A DNA stretch of 64,000 nt from Candidatus Babeliales bacterium (lineage in GTDB: Bacteria > Babelota > Babeliae > Babelales > JACPOV01): the NCBI GenBank assembly GCA_050250855.1, contig JBFWNW010000001.1, positions 409,357 to 473,356 of the forward strand, read 5' to 3'. Position numbers and translations under genes: made by a program. Shown piece by piece: positions 8,921 through 18,315 of the stretch (position 1 is the stretch's first letter; each line of letters opens with the position of its first letter). The notes under the pieces were generated by a model, which saw only the letters and a program-made list of their open reading frames with translations, was not told the DNA's origin and ran no database searches.

Positions 8921-10027
8921 ATGTACAGAAAACAGCGTTGGTTATTTTTTATTTTAGCGGTGCATACAGTGGCTGTGAGCTTAAGTATGCAGCATCCTTG
9001 GGATTGCAATAGCTATTATGATGCTCTCAAAGATGCAAATGAAAAAACGATTACCGAATGGCTGGAGAATGGATGGGACATTAACCAAAAGGATAAAAGA
9101 GGCTATTCTGTTCTTCGGTCTGTAATTCGGCGTCCTGATATGCTTACATTTTTGATTGAGAAGGGTGCTGATATACATGAACGGGATGATAAGGGAGAAA
9201 CCCTTCTACACAAAGCTGCTTGGCATGGCTGTCCGGAGGTTGTAGAGATTGTTATTGCAAACGGTATTGAAGTAAATGCACTTTCTCATGATGGAACTAC
9301 GCCACTTCTTTGTGCTTGTGAGCGAACGCACGTAGAAAAGCAGAAGGAGGAGAGATTTAAGATTGTACAAAAATTGCTTGCGCATGGTGCAGATGTAAAC
9401 AAAAGAAGTTGTTGTGGTAGATCAGTGCTTCACGAGCTGGCTTCTAAAGATTTAGTAGATATAGCTAAATTGGTTCTTGCTTATGGTGCGGATGTAAGCC
9501 AGATAGATAATAAAGGTAAAACCTGCCTATCTTGTGTTGCGAGGAATAACGTAAAAATGGCTCATTTATACATCAAGTATAGCTTGGCTCATAGTAACGT
9601 TGACTTAAAAAAATTGAGAGAGGATGGTTCTGGCTTTCTGCATAAATATATTGGATCGCAACCAGCGCTATCTCCCGAAAGTATTTTTTTCTGTTCTCTT
9701 CCAATGCTCAGAGAGCAAATGCAATCCGTTATGAATAATACAGATTCTAAAATGCGGGCATCGTATTTTTTATGCGATACACTTACAGAGCTTTGTTTAA
9801 TACGTGAACATGGCGGCGATTCTTTTTTTGGAAAGGATTTTTTGCCGCTTGATATGTTCAAGCTTATTTTGCAAGAAGCTCGCACCATAAGTCAATCAAC
9901 AGAAGTTCCATTGCGTCCATCGCTAAAGCGCATACAAGAGATTATTACTTTTTTTAAAGATGAAGGCTTTGATCAAAGTGATCCCGATTTTATGCAGCAG
10001 TTAGAAGAATATAAAAATAAACAATAA
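8921..10027 (+). CDS. Secreted ankyrin-repeat protein, paralog 3
   Basis: Same architecture. The C-terminal ~60 codons are nearly identical at the DNA level to paralogs 1 and 2. Confidence 0.8.
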   Translation: MYRKQRWLFFILAVHTVAVSLSMQHPWDCNSYYDALKDANEKTITEWLENGWDINQKDKRGYSVLRSVIRRPDMLTFLIEKGADIHERDDKGETLLHKAAWHGCPEVVEIVIANGIEVNALSHDGTTPLLCACERTHVEKQKEERFKIVQKLLAHGADVNKRSCCGRSVLHELASKDLVDIAKLVLAYGADVSQIDNKGKTCLSCVARNNVKMAHLYIKYSLAHSNVDLKKLREDGSGFLHKYIGSQPALSPESIFFCSLPMLREQMQSVMNNTDSKMRASYFLCDTLTELCLIREHGGDSFFGKDFLPLDMFKLILQEARTISQSTEVPLRPSLKRIQEIITFFKDEGFDQSDPDFMQQLEEYKNKQ

Positions 10028-10040
10028 GAGAGAAGGCGTG

Positions 10041-11144
10041 ATGTACAGAAAACGGCGTGGTTTAGTTTTTATTTTAGCGTTGCATGCGGTGAGCGCGAGC
10101 TTGGGGATGCAGCCTCCAAAAAGCTATTATGATGCTCTAAAAGATGCCAGTATAGAAACGATTGATAAGTGGCTTGAACAAGGCTGGGATATTAAGCAAA
10201 AGGATCAAAGAGGTTTTTCAGTTTTTTCGTCTGTACTAAATCGCCATGATATGGTTACCTTTTTGATTGAGAAGGGTGCTGATATACATGAACGTGATCA
10301 TAGGGGAGAAACCCTTCTTCATAGAACTGCCTGGGAGGGCTGTTCGGAGGTTGTTGAGATTCTTATTGCAAGAGGTATTCAGGTAAATGCACTTTCTCAT
10401 GATGGAACTACGCCACTTCTTTGTGCTTGTGAGCGAACGCATGCTAAAGAGCAGAATGAAGAAAGATTTAAGATTGTACAAAAATTGCTTGCGCATGGTG
10501 CAGACGTAAACAAAAGGCCTAATTATGGCAGTTCAGTGCTCTATAAACTGGCATATAGTGGTTTGATAAAGGTAGCTGAGCTACTTCTTGCTCATGGTGC
10601 AGATGTGAGTCATGTACATTCCTGTGAAGGATCCATGCTGCGTCGTGCTCTGCAGGAAGGGAACAATGACATTGCTCATTTATACATACAGTATAGTTTT
10701 GCTCATAGTAACGCTGATTTAAAAAAAATGAGAGAGGATCTTTTTTGCGAGTTTATACGTAAATATGCAAAATTTTTTTCTGAGGAGGGCGCTTCTTCTT
10801 GTGCTCTGCAAATGCTCAAAGATGACATGAAATCTCTTATGAATAATACAGCTTCTAAAATGCGCGCATCGTATTTTTTACGCGATACGATTATAGAGCT
10901 TTGTTTAATGCGTGAGCATTGTGAAGATTCTGTTTTGAGAAAAGATTATTTGCCCCTTGATATGTTTGAGCTGATTTTGCAAGAAGCTCGCACCATAAGT
11001 CAAACAACAGAAGTTCCTTTGCGTCCATCGCCAAAGCGCATGCAAGAGATTATTCGCTTTTTTGATTCTGATGCTGAAGAGTGTCGTCAAAATAGTTCTA
11101 GTTTTATGCAGAAACTAGAAGGATATAAAAGTAAGGAACAGTAA
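10041..11144 (+). CDS. Secreted ankyrin-repeat protein, paralog 4
   Basis: Same architecture. The ORF track starts at GTG 10038; the ATG at 10041 matches the starts of the paralogs. The C-terminal tail has diverged (FMQKLEGYKSKEQ). Confidence 0.75.
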   Translation: MYRKRRGLVFILALHAVSASLGMQPPKSYYDALKDASIETIDKWLEQGWDIKQKDQRGFSVFSSVLNRHDMVTFLIEKGADIHERDHRGETLLHRTAWEGCSEVVEILIARGIQVNALSHDGTTPLLCACERTHAKEQNEERFKIVQKLLAHGADVNKRPNYGSSVLYKLAYSGLIKVAELLLAHGADVSHVHSCEGSMLRRALQEGNNDIAHLYIQYSFAHSNADLKKMREDLFCEFIRKYAKFFSEEGASSCALQMLKDDMKSLMNNTASKMRASYFLRDTIIELCLMREHCEDSVLRKDYLPLDMFELILQEARTISQTTEVPLRPSPKRMQEIIRFFDSDAEECRQNSSSFMQKLEGYKSKEQ

Positions 11145-12142
11145 TGCATAAGTACTATATTTTTTATTTAGCTGCAAGTCTGGTGAGCGTTAATTTTGGT
11201 ATGGATGAAACGTCAGAAAAACCAAAATCATTACTTGACGCGGCAGGGCAAGGAAGCTTGATGCACGTTCAAGAATTTTGTAACAATGGCGCTAATGTAA
11301 ATCAACGAGGTAAATATGGCCATACGCCCCTTGAAAAGGCTTTTTTGGGTAATCATCTAGATATCGCTCAATTTCTTATTGAAAATGGTGCTGATGTAAA
11401 TCAAAGCGGTCAATATTTTACCCCGCTATTTCAGGCCATTCAAAAAGATAGCTTAGATGCTGTAAAATTTCTTATTGCACAGGGTGCCAATGTAAATCAA
11501 CCATGTAATGACGATACAGGACTTCGCTTGGCAGCTGGAAGAGGCTGTTTAGATATCGTTCAATTTCTTGTTGCCAAAGGAGCTGAGGTAAACCCATTAC
11601 CTACTAAATATGGGAAGCAAACGCCACTTCTTTCTGCCTTAGAAAATGGGCATCTAGAAGTTGCTGCCTATTTGCTTGCGCATGGTGCAGATATAAAGAT
11701 CCCACTTGGAAAGGTAAAAGGGTTAATAGCTACTGAAAATTTAAAAAAGCTTCTACAGGAAGGTAAGTCAGCTATAGATCGTGAAAATTTTAAAAATGGG
11801 CTTAAAAATGAAGATTTGGATTATCATAAGGATGCAATCAATTCCTTAACAAAAAATCTAAAAGAACTAGCTGAAGAGTTTATTAATAATAAATTCTTTA
11901 TCCCACTTGAACAACAATCATTGCTCACCTTATGCTGTACGCGTGAGCTGTGTCAGAATTCTTTGTTTTATAAAGATTTCTTGCCGTCAGATATATTCAA
12001 GATCATTATTAAGCAGGCAGAGATATTAGCATTATCAAATGTGCAAGCAACGGAGTTAGTGAGCTTTTTTAGGGAGATTGAGTATGAGCAAACTGATCCT
12101 GATTTTATGCAGAAGTTAGAAGAATATAAGAACAAGAGATAA
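11144..12142 (+). CDS. Secreted ankyrin-repeat protein, paralog 5 (divergent)
   Basis: The ATG overlaps the previous stop. Contains ANK repeats (HTPLEKAFLGNHLDIAQFLIENGADVN). C-terminal DFLPSDIFKIIIKQ...DPDFMQKLEEYKNKR. Confidence 0.75.
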   Translation: MHKYYIFYLAASLVSVNFGMDETSEKPKSLLDAAGQGSLMHVQEFCNNGANVNQRGKYGHTPLEKAFLGNHLDIAQFLIENGADVNQSGQYFTPLFQAIQKDSLDAVKFLIAQGANVNQPCNDDTGLRLAAGRGCLDIVQFLVAKGAEVNPLPTKYGKQTPLLSALENGHLEVAAYLLAHGADIKIPLGKVKGLIATENLKKLLQEGKSAIDRENFKNGLKNEDLDYHKDAINSLTKNLKELAEEFINNKFFIPLEQQSLLTLCCTRELCQNSLFYKDFLPSDIFKIIIKQAEILALSNVQATELVSFFREIEYEQTDPDFMQKLEEYKNKR

Positions 12143-12144
12143 CT

Positions 12145-12906
12145 ATGAAGCTCTATATTTTTTGTTTTGTCATAAGTTTGGTGAGCGTTAACTTTGGAAT
12201 GGAAAGAAAACCAGGGCATTTTAGTTATGATGATTATCTTTTATTTGCAATTTCTGACGATTTAGTTAGAACTAGCAAGGTTATTCTTTTAGCGCAAAAA
12301 ATTGAGCCATATGAATTAATTCAAAGTCAGTTCATAGAAAAACCATCTCATATTACTTCGATAGACAAGTTTGATATTATCAAATTATTTATTGAGAAAG
12401 GCTCTCAAGCAAGCGAAACAGGACGCTTAGATCTCGTTAAATTTCTTATTGAAAAAGGCGCTCGAGTAAATCAATCACCTTCTAGACTTAGTCCTTTTAT
12501 TATGGCTTTGGAAAAAGGTTATTCAGATATTGCTGCATATTTACTTGTTCATGATGCAGATACAACAAGGCTTAAAGATTTAAAAGAAAATTATATAAAT
12601 ATTAAGCCATTGATAATAGAAACTCTTCAAAAAGCAGTAATCAGTATTATTGTAGGTAGTTTCTTCAACAAATTAGAACAACAGTCATTGCTTGCCTTGT
12701 GCCTTATTCGTGAATATTGCGATGATTCACCCTTTGGTAAAGATTATTTACCCCTTGATATGTTTAAAGAAATTAAAAAGCGGGCAGAGGCTTTATCGCT
12801 TTCCGTTTGGCAAACATTGGAATTAATAAGTTTTTTTAGGGAAATTGGTTGTGAACACAGTGATCCTGATTTTATGCAGAAACTAGAGCAGTATAAAGGT
12901 TTATAA
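12145..12906 (+). CDS. Short ankyrin-like protein, paralog 6 (reduced ANK region)
   Basis: 253 aa with ~2 degenerate ANK units. It retains DYLPLDMFKEIKKR...DPDFMQKLEQYKGL. Confidence 0.65.
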   Translation: MKLYIFCFVISLVSVNFGMERKPGHFSYDDYLLFAISDDLVRTSKVILLAQKIEPYELIQSQFIEKPSHITSIDKFDIIKLFIEKGSQASETGRLDLVKFLIEKGARVNQSPSRLSPFIMALEKGYSDIAAYLLVHDADTTRLKDLKENYINIKPLIIETLQKAVISIIVGSFFNKLEQQSLLALCLIREYCDDSPFGKDYLPLDMFKEIKKRAEALSLSVWQTLELISFFREIGCEHSDPDFMQKLEQYKGL

Positions 12907-13033
12907 AACAAAACTACTTTAAAAAAGCTTGAAAGTTCTTTTTCTTTTTATGTACTAATATATTTTATTGCAATCTGAAATTACTATTTGGTATTGTAAG
13001 AAGTGAATACGATTAGTAAAAAGGAAAAAGGCT

Positions 13034-14137
13034 ATGCTCTTTATAAAAAAACCTTATACATACGCTCTTTTTTTGCTCTGCGCCCTATGGAGCGGAGGAG
13101 TTTTTTTATTAAGAGCAGAATCGCAGGATTCTTTTGCTCCTCATATGCCGGGGACTGAAATTCTTACCGGAACAACGCAAGATTATCTTGATAAACAAGG
13201 TAAATATTTATATGGCGCTAAGCTTGAATATGTCGTTTTTCCCTCTCAGCAGGCGCATGATTCTGATAAAATCCTTCATCGTCATGGTATTTTGTATCTG
13301 AAGCCTGATGCGCGTGGCACTATACTCGTGTGCCACGGTTTTAGCTGTGATAAGTTTGATATAGCCTTTATTCGCCGCGTTTTATTTGCGCAATACAATG
13401 TAATGTTATTTGATTTTCGTGCCCATGGCGTTAACGTAGCGCATGATGATTGCTGTACGTTTGGTAAAGATGAAGCGCTTGATGTAATGGGTGCCGTTTC
13501 GTATATAAAGCAGCGAGCAGATATACAAAATCTACCCCTTATAGGGTACGGTTTTTCTATGGGAGCCGTTGCTGCTATTCAGGCACAAGCAACAGATTCT
13601 AGTTTATTTGATGCGCTTGTTCTTGATTGTCCTTATGACAAAAGTGAAAATGTTATTAAGCGAAGCTTAGAGCATCTTAACTTTACTGTTTTTGGCTATA
13701 CTTTTGAAATGCCAGGAAAACAGCTTCTTGAAAAATTTGCCTTTAATACCTATGTACAATCAGTACTTAAATTTCTTCTTAAAATAGTAGCGCGTCTTGA
13801 TGCCACCGCAACAAGAACGTTTATGTATCCGCTTAGTCCTGTTGATTCTATTAAAAAAATAGATATTCCTTGTTTTTTCATTCATTGCAAACATGATGAA
13901 AAAGTTCCGGTGCAAGCAGCAAAAGCGCTTTATGCAAATGCAGGAGGCTATAAACGGCTGTGGTTAACGGATGGGCGTCGCCATTTTGATTCGATTTTTT
14001 ATAATCCAGAAAAATATATTTATAAAGTAAATAAGTTTATTGATCACGTTTTAAATCAAGAGTTAGCACAGCGAGTGCAAAGTAAAGTATATATCGATAA
14101 TCGTAATAAGAGGAGAAGATATGAAGCGTATCTTTAG
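13034..14137 (+). CDS. Alpha/beta-fold hydrolase, secreted or membrane-anchored
   Basis: 367 aa with an N-terminal hydrophobic segment. The nucleophile elbow is GFSMGA, and there are downstream conserved D and H residues (CKHDEKVP; RRHFD). Confidence 0.6.
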   Translation: MLFIKKPYTYALFLLCALWSGGVFLLRAESQDSFAPHMPGTEILTGTTQDYLDKQGKYLYGAKLEYVVFPSQQAHDSDKILHRHGILYLKPDARGTILVCHGFSCDKFDIAFIRRVLFAQYNVMLFDFRAHGVNVAHDDCCTFGKDEALDVMGAVSYIKQRADIQNLPLIGYGFSMGAVAAIQAQATDSSLFDALVLDCPYDKSENVIKRSLEHLNFTVFGYTFEMPGKQLLEKFAFNTYVQSVLKFLLKIVARLDATATRTFMYPLSPVDSIKKIDIPCFFIHCKHDEKVPVQAAKALYANAGGYKRLWLTDGRRHFDSIFYNPEKYIYKVNKFIDHVLNQELAQRVQSKVYIDNRNKRRRYEAYL

Positions 14138-14825
14138 TATGAGCATATTACTGCTCATTGGAACATCATCATTATTTGCAAAATTTTATGAACCTATGAG
14201 TGATGCACAATTTTATAAGCAAATAGAGCGCCATCCATTTACCGTTGTTTTCTTTGTACCCTATGCAGAAAGTCCTGCTGATGAAAAAAAGCTTGATATG
14301 ATGGATGATGCTTTTGAGCGTTTGAGCAGAAGAGAGCGTTACAAAAAAACCGATGTTGCTTTTATTGTTATAGATTTAGCAGAACTTTCTGGGCTTGTTG
14401 CTGATTTTATGCTCAATATAAAAGTGCCAACCATGATGCTTTTTAAAGGTGGTAAAGTTGTCAAAAAAGCAGATGGTTCTATTTTAAAGCAAGAAGGCTT
14501 TCTTGATAAAACTGAAATACAAGAACTTATTGAAGAATATTTTGGGCAAGCATTGAACGATAGAATACGCCGTATGATTGATATAGCAAAAACACGTGAA
14601 CAAGAACGCCAGCGCTTAGCACAGCAAGAAGCGCAGGCACAAGCTCAGCAGCAAGAACAAGCAACTACGCAAGTGGAATATGTAACACAGCCAGCAACAA
14701 CCTATACAACGTATTCATATCCTCGCTATCGAAGATATTATGGACCACGATTTGGTGTAGGTTTAGGCTTTGGGCCATTCTGGGGCGGCGGCTGGCGAGG
14801 TAGAGGCTGGCGACGTCGTTGGTAA
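14121..14825 (+). CDS. Secreted protein with a thioredoxin-like N-terminal region (no CxxC), a Q-rich linker and a Gly/Trp/Arg-rich C-terminal tail
   Basis: Has a signal peptide and the RBS aagaggag. The tail reads YGPRFGVGLGFGPFWGGGWRGRGWRRRW. Confidence 0.5.
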   Translation: MKRIFSMSILLLIGTSSLFAKFYEPMSDAQFYKQIERHPFTVVFFVPYAESPADEKKLDMMDDAFERLSRRERYKKTDVAFIVIDLAELSGLVADFMLNIKVPTMMLFKGGKVVKKADGSILKQEGFLDKTEIQELIEEYFGQALNDRIRRMIDIAKTREQERQRLAQQEAQAQAQQQEQATTQVEYVTQPATTYTTYSYPRYRRYYGPRFGVGLGFGPFWGGGWRGRGWRRRW

Positions 14826-14852
14826 TATAAAAATTAAAAAAGGGGCGTTGTT

Positions 14853-15236
14853 ATGAATAAAAAAATTTTTGTGCTTGGATTATTATTGGGTGTTTCATTA
14901 CTCCATGCACGTTTATATATAACAGAAGATGAATCAGAATTCTATCAACGCCTTACGTGTCCTTCATGTACTCGCGCACAATCAGTGCCCTATGAAGCAT
15001 CGGTTAAAAATAATAATGGTTCAAGAACCTTAATTGCACGAATCACCGAAGATGGGCGTTGCTATAATGCATGTAGTTCTGAAGAATGTTGTTGCTGCAT
15101 TGATTATCGTCACCCGCGTGGTATGTATGGCTTTATGGGCTATCCATATGGTTATTGGCCAGCATTTGGTCAAGGCTTTGGTTTTGGTGGTTACCGAAGA
15201 CCGGGGTCAGATTTCGGCTTTAATTGGGGCTGGTAA
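14853..15236 (+). CDS. Small secreted Cys-containing protein with a Gly/aromatic-rich C-terminal tail
   Basis: 127 aa with a signal peptide. The tail reads YGFMGYPYGYWPAFGQGFGFGGYRRPGSDFGFNWGW. Confidence 0.5.
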   Translation: MNKKIFVLGLLLGVSLLHARLYITEDESEFYQRLTCPSCTRAQSVPYEASVKNNNGSRTLIARITEDGRCYNACSSEECCCCIDYRHPRGMYGFMGYPYGYWPAFGQGFGFGGYRRPGSDFGFNWGW

Positions 15237-15348
15237 GAATTTTTGTCCGATAATGCTTCGGCGTTGCTATGTAATAAAAAATTAGAGCAATTTTCTCCTT
15301 TGCGGTATACTTTCCTTATATGTTTTTTATTAATAAGGAAATATACGC

Positions 15349-16863
15349 ATGAATACCATTACCCTTTCTCATGAATCATTATTAGAAAGTAAAAAACAGG
15401 GTTGTGCATTGTTTGTAGAACAAGATGCCCTGAATACGCAAGAAATTAAAGATATAGCAAAAGCATATTTCCCCTCGTTAACAACCTATTTCAAAGCGCA
15501 TGATTTTACTGGTCAAGCAGGAAAAATAGTTGCATTGCCGGTTGCTGATGGCAAAGCAGTAACTATGATTTTTTTTGTTGGGCTTGGTGCACCAAAACAA
15601 AAATCGATTGATATTGAAACATTTCGTCGAGCATTAGGACTTTTAATAAAAACATTGCAACGACAAAAAATTGATAGTTGTTCATTGGTAACGCCAGAAG
15701 CATCATTATTTAGTGTTTCAAAAGAAACCTTAGCAAAAGAAGTTGCTATAATTTCTAATATGGCCGCGTATCATTTTGATGAATATATCACCAAAGAAGA
15801 TAGAAAAGTAAATCAGAATCTTGATCTTACCTGGATTGTAAAAGCAGCTGATGCAAAAGAGTACAAAAAGGGTTTAGAGGTTGGTTCTATTATTGCAAAA
15901 TCAATTAATAAAGTTCGTCATTGGATTGATTTACCACCAGTAGCATTAACACCTACCGAATTAGCAGGCAAAGCACAAAAGATTGCCAAAGAGCAGGGAT
16001 TAAAAGTTACTGTTTTTAGTGAGCCTGAAATTAAAAAAATGGGAATGGGTGGTCTGGCAGGAGTTTCTGCTGGTTCTGAACAAGATTGCAAATTTGTTAT
16101 TTTAGAATATAAAGCAAAAAAGAAAAATGCGCCGACTATTGCGTTAGTTGGTAAAGGAATTACGTTTGATTCTGGCGGCTTGAGTTTAAAACCAGCGCGC
16201 TACATGGAAACGATGAAAGAGGATATGTCAGGCGCTGCGGCAGTAATTGGCACGATGGAAATTCTTGCACAGTTGCAACCTGATGTGAACGTTTTGGGGA
16301 TTACACCACTTTCTGAAAATTTACCCAGTGGTAAAGCGACAAAGCCTGGCGATATTCTCACCTTTTATAATGGTATGACGGCAGAAGTAAAAAATACGGA
16401 TGCAGAAGGTCGTTTAATTTTAGCTGATGCGCTTTCATATGCGGTAAAACATTATAAACCTGATGTAATGATTGATATTGCAACATTAACGGGAGCTTGT
16501 GCGTATGCGCTTGGGCCATTCTTTACTGGCATAATGGGTAAACATCCAGAAGTTCTTCAAAAGATAAAAGATGCGGCCAAAAAATCTGGCGATTATGTTT
16601 GGGAACTTCCTTTTATTGATGACTATAAAGTTGCTATAAAATCTCCTGTTGCCGATATGTGCAATAGTGGTAACGATAAATATATGGCCGGTGCAATTAC
16701 CGCAGGATTCTTTTTGCAGAATTTTGTAGGCGAAACGCCATGGGCGCATTTAGATATTGCTGGTACTGCATTTGATGTTCCTGATATTAGTTATTATGGC
16801 GGCAGTGGTGCAACTGGTGTAGGTGTTCGCTTATTTGTGGAATTAGTACTTAATTGGCGCTAG
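15349..16863 (+). CDS. pepA: Leucyl aminopeptidase (M17)
   Basis: 504 aa. Contains the M17 signature NTDAEGRLILADAL, plus VGKGITFDSGG. Confidence 0.9.
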   Translation: MNTITLSHESLLESKKQGCALFVEQDALNTQEIKDIAKAYFPSLTTYFKAHDFTGQAGKIVALPVADGKAVTMIFFVGLGAPKQKSIDIETFRRALGLLIKTLQRQKIDSCSLVTPEASLFSVSKETLAKEVAIISNMAAYHFDEYITKEDRKVNQNLDLTWIVKAADAKEYKKGLEVGSIIAKSINKVRHWIDLPPVALTPTELAGKAQKIAKEQGLKVTVFSEPEIKKMGMGGLAGVSAGSEQDCKFVILEYKAKKKNAPTIALVGKGITFDSGGLSLKPARYMETMKEDMSGAAAVIGTMEILAQLQPDVNVLGITPLSENLPSGKATKPGDILTFYNGMTAEVKNTDAEGRLILADALSYAVKHYKPDVMIDIATLTGACAYALGPFFTGIMGKHPEVLQKIKDAAKKSGDYVWELPFIDDYKVAIKSPVADMCNSGNDKYMAGAITAGFFLQNFVGETPWAHLDIAGTAFDVPDISYYGGSGATGVGVRLFVELVLNWR

Positions 16864-16939
16864 TATTATTGACAAATATTGCAATGAATCTATAATAAGC
16901 CCACAGAGATAACCTTTTTATAGCTTAGGAGTATTTGCA

Positions 16940-17086
16940 ATGATGTTAAAGCAGCTAACATTTTTACTATTTCTTTTTTCTGCGACAACTTTTGTGTCAG
17001 CATACAATGGTGATCAAGGAGAGGTTATTGTAGTAATTGGTACTGGTAATGGTGGTGAGACTAAACAAACAAGTGTTGCGCCATAA
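16940..17086 (+). CDS. Possible 48-aa secreted peptide (below the ORF-track cutoff)
   Basis: An aggag RBS lies ~8 nt upstream. Translation: MMLKQLTFLLFLFSATTFVSAYNGDQGEVIVVIGTGNGGETKQTSVAP. Confidence 0.35.
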   Translation: MMLKQLTFLLFLFSATTFVSAYNGDQGEVIVVIGTGNGGETKQTSVAP

Positions 17087-17137
17087 TACATAGAATTATT
17101 ATCTATCGTTTTTATAAATACATTGAGGAAAAACAAC

Positions 17138-17749
17138 ATGGTTTCATATTCTCCTAAAAAACTGTTCTTTTTTATGATTTTTTCTGCATCATGCATGCAG
17201 GGTTCAGATCAATCCTTTGATGCTTTGAAGGAAAAAACTAAGACTAAATGGCGACACATACAATCTCAAGTTTATGAGTTTGCAGATACTGTTAAAGAAA
17301 AAGCTCCTGAATTTTTCAATACTATGAAAAACAAAGCTTTTGAGTTTAAAGATAAATATTTACCGCAGCAAGAAGCGCAACAATCTGAGTCTAGCGCTAT
17401 CAAAGAATCTGTGCCAGGAGCTGCAGCGACCCCTGCTGATGTTTTACCAGCTCAAGAGACAGCAGCGGCAAAAGAAGTTGCTATGTCTGATAACGCGGTG
17501 CAAACCATTCAAGGTCTTGAGCAAAATAAAGATGTAAAAGTTGCTTGGTTTTCAAAGCGCACGGCATTGTTTTTTGGCGCAGGTGCAGTAGCCCTTATTT
17601 CAGTTGGTGCGATTGTTTATATTCTTTATGAGGATGGTACGCTTACAAAACTCGCTGATGTAGTCAAAGAACATCCGGTCAAAACTGGTTTGGCGTGTTT
17701 AGCTACAGCACTTACTTTTTATGCAGGATATAGTTACTGCACGAAGTAA
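17138..17749 (+). CDS. Hypothetical protein with an N-terminal signal and a C-terminal membrane region
   Basis: The track ORF starts at TTG 17123. I prefer ATG 17138, which is preceded by gagga. C-terminal TM segments are present (ALFFGAGAVALISVGAIVYIL). Confidence 0.5.
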   Translation: MVSYSPKKLFFFMIFSASCMQGSDQSFDALKEKTKTKWRHIQSQVYEFADTVKEKAPEFFNTMKNKAFEFKDKYLPQQEAQQSESSAIKESVPGAAATPADVLPAQETAAAKEVAMSDNAVQTIQGLEQNKDVKVAWFSKRTALFFGAGAVALISVGAIVYILYEDGTLTKLADVVKEHPVKTGLACLATALTFYAGYSYCTK

Positions 17750-17771
17750 GTAGTTTACTCGAGAATTTTTT

Positions 17772-17806
17772 AAAGAGCTCTGGTTTTTCCAGGGCTCTTT
17801 TTTGTT
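17772..17806 (+). terminator. Rho-independent terminator after the 17138-17749 gene
   Basis: aaagagctctgg-ttttt-ccagggctcttt followed by tttgtttt. Confidence 0.6.
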
Positions 17807-17823
17807 TTATAGGATATTAATAA

Positions 17824-17996
17824 CCGTTCGAATGCTTCGACGAGCTCAGCACGAACGGAGTAAATATTTTACTACTGTATGACCTGCGCAGGTATTTGTG
17901 CAAAATTTGGGAATCTATCGAAGTATTAGTACGAACGGCTTTAATAGAAGTCTTTTTTCCCGTTCGCCCTGAGCCTGTCGAAGGGTGCGAACGAAG
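17824..17996. repeat. Cluster of palindromic repeat modules (ccgttcg...cgaacgg; cgttcgccctgagcctgtcgaagggtgcgaacg)
   Basis: Hairpin ccgttcgaatgcttcgacgagctcagcacgaacgg, and a second unit that shares ctgagcc.gtcgaaggg with 44930-44960. This cluster accounts for the spurious ORF 17817-18035. Confidence 0.75.
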
Positions 17997-18315
17997 TAAA
18001 GTAAATGCAAGAATCATATTAATCACTGTCGACATGAATCTTGTCCGATAACGCTCAGCTGATAATTTAATATAAAACCAATTTTTGGCGACTCATTTTC
18101 GAGGATTGAGCAGGGCGTTGAAGTTTATTTCTAAGCTCAATCCTCTTACCTGAGTCTTAGATGAAACGAGAAGCTTTTTTAAGAAAAGTTTTTGGGGCTA
18201 TAAAAAATATTGCAAACACAAAGCAGATAAGAGTAGGGTGATAGCATAAAAAAAGGAATATATGTCATATAAAATTATTATGTATCTTTTTTTAATAGTG
18301 AATATAGGAGAAGTA

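Noticed and set aside
15034-15285. 83-aa ORF overlapping the 14853-15236 gene in another frame; also 45866-46162 (+) and similar low-complexity antisense ORFs
   Set aside because: These overlap better-supported genes that have a signal peptide and an RBS. The alternative frames arise from biased Gly/Lys/Glu-rich codon strings.
17817-18035. Short ORFs made of repeat sequence (also 352-558, 1951-2139, 19923-20108, 44726-44920)
   Set aside because: They translate palindromic repeat modules (PSTGSGRTG, FVLSSSKH, LSEQSKSKG and similar). The same DNA occurs in both orientations in non-coding contexts.
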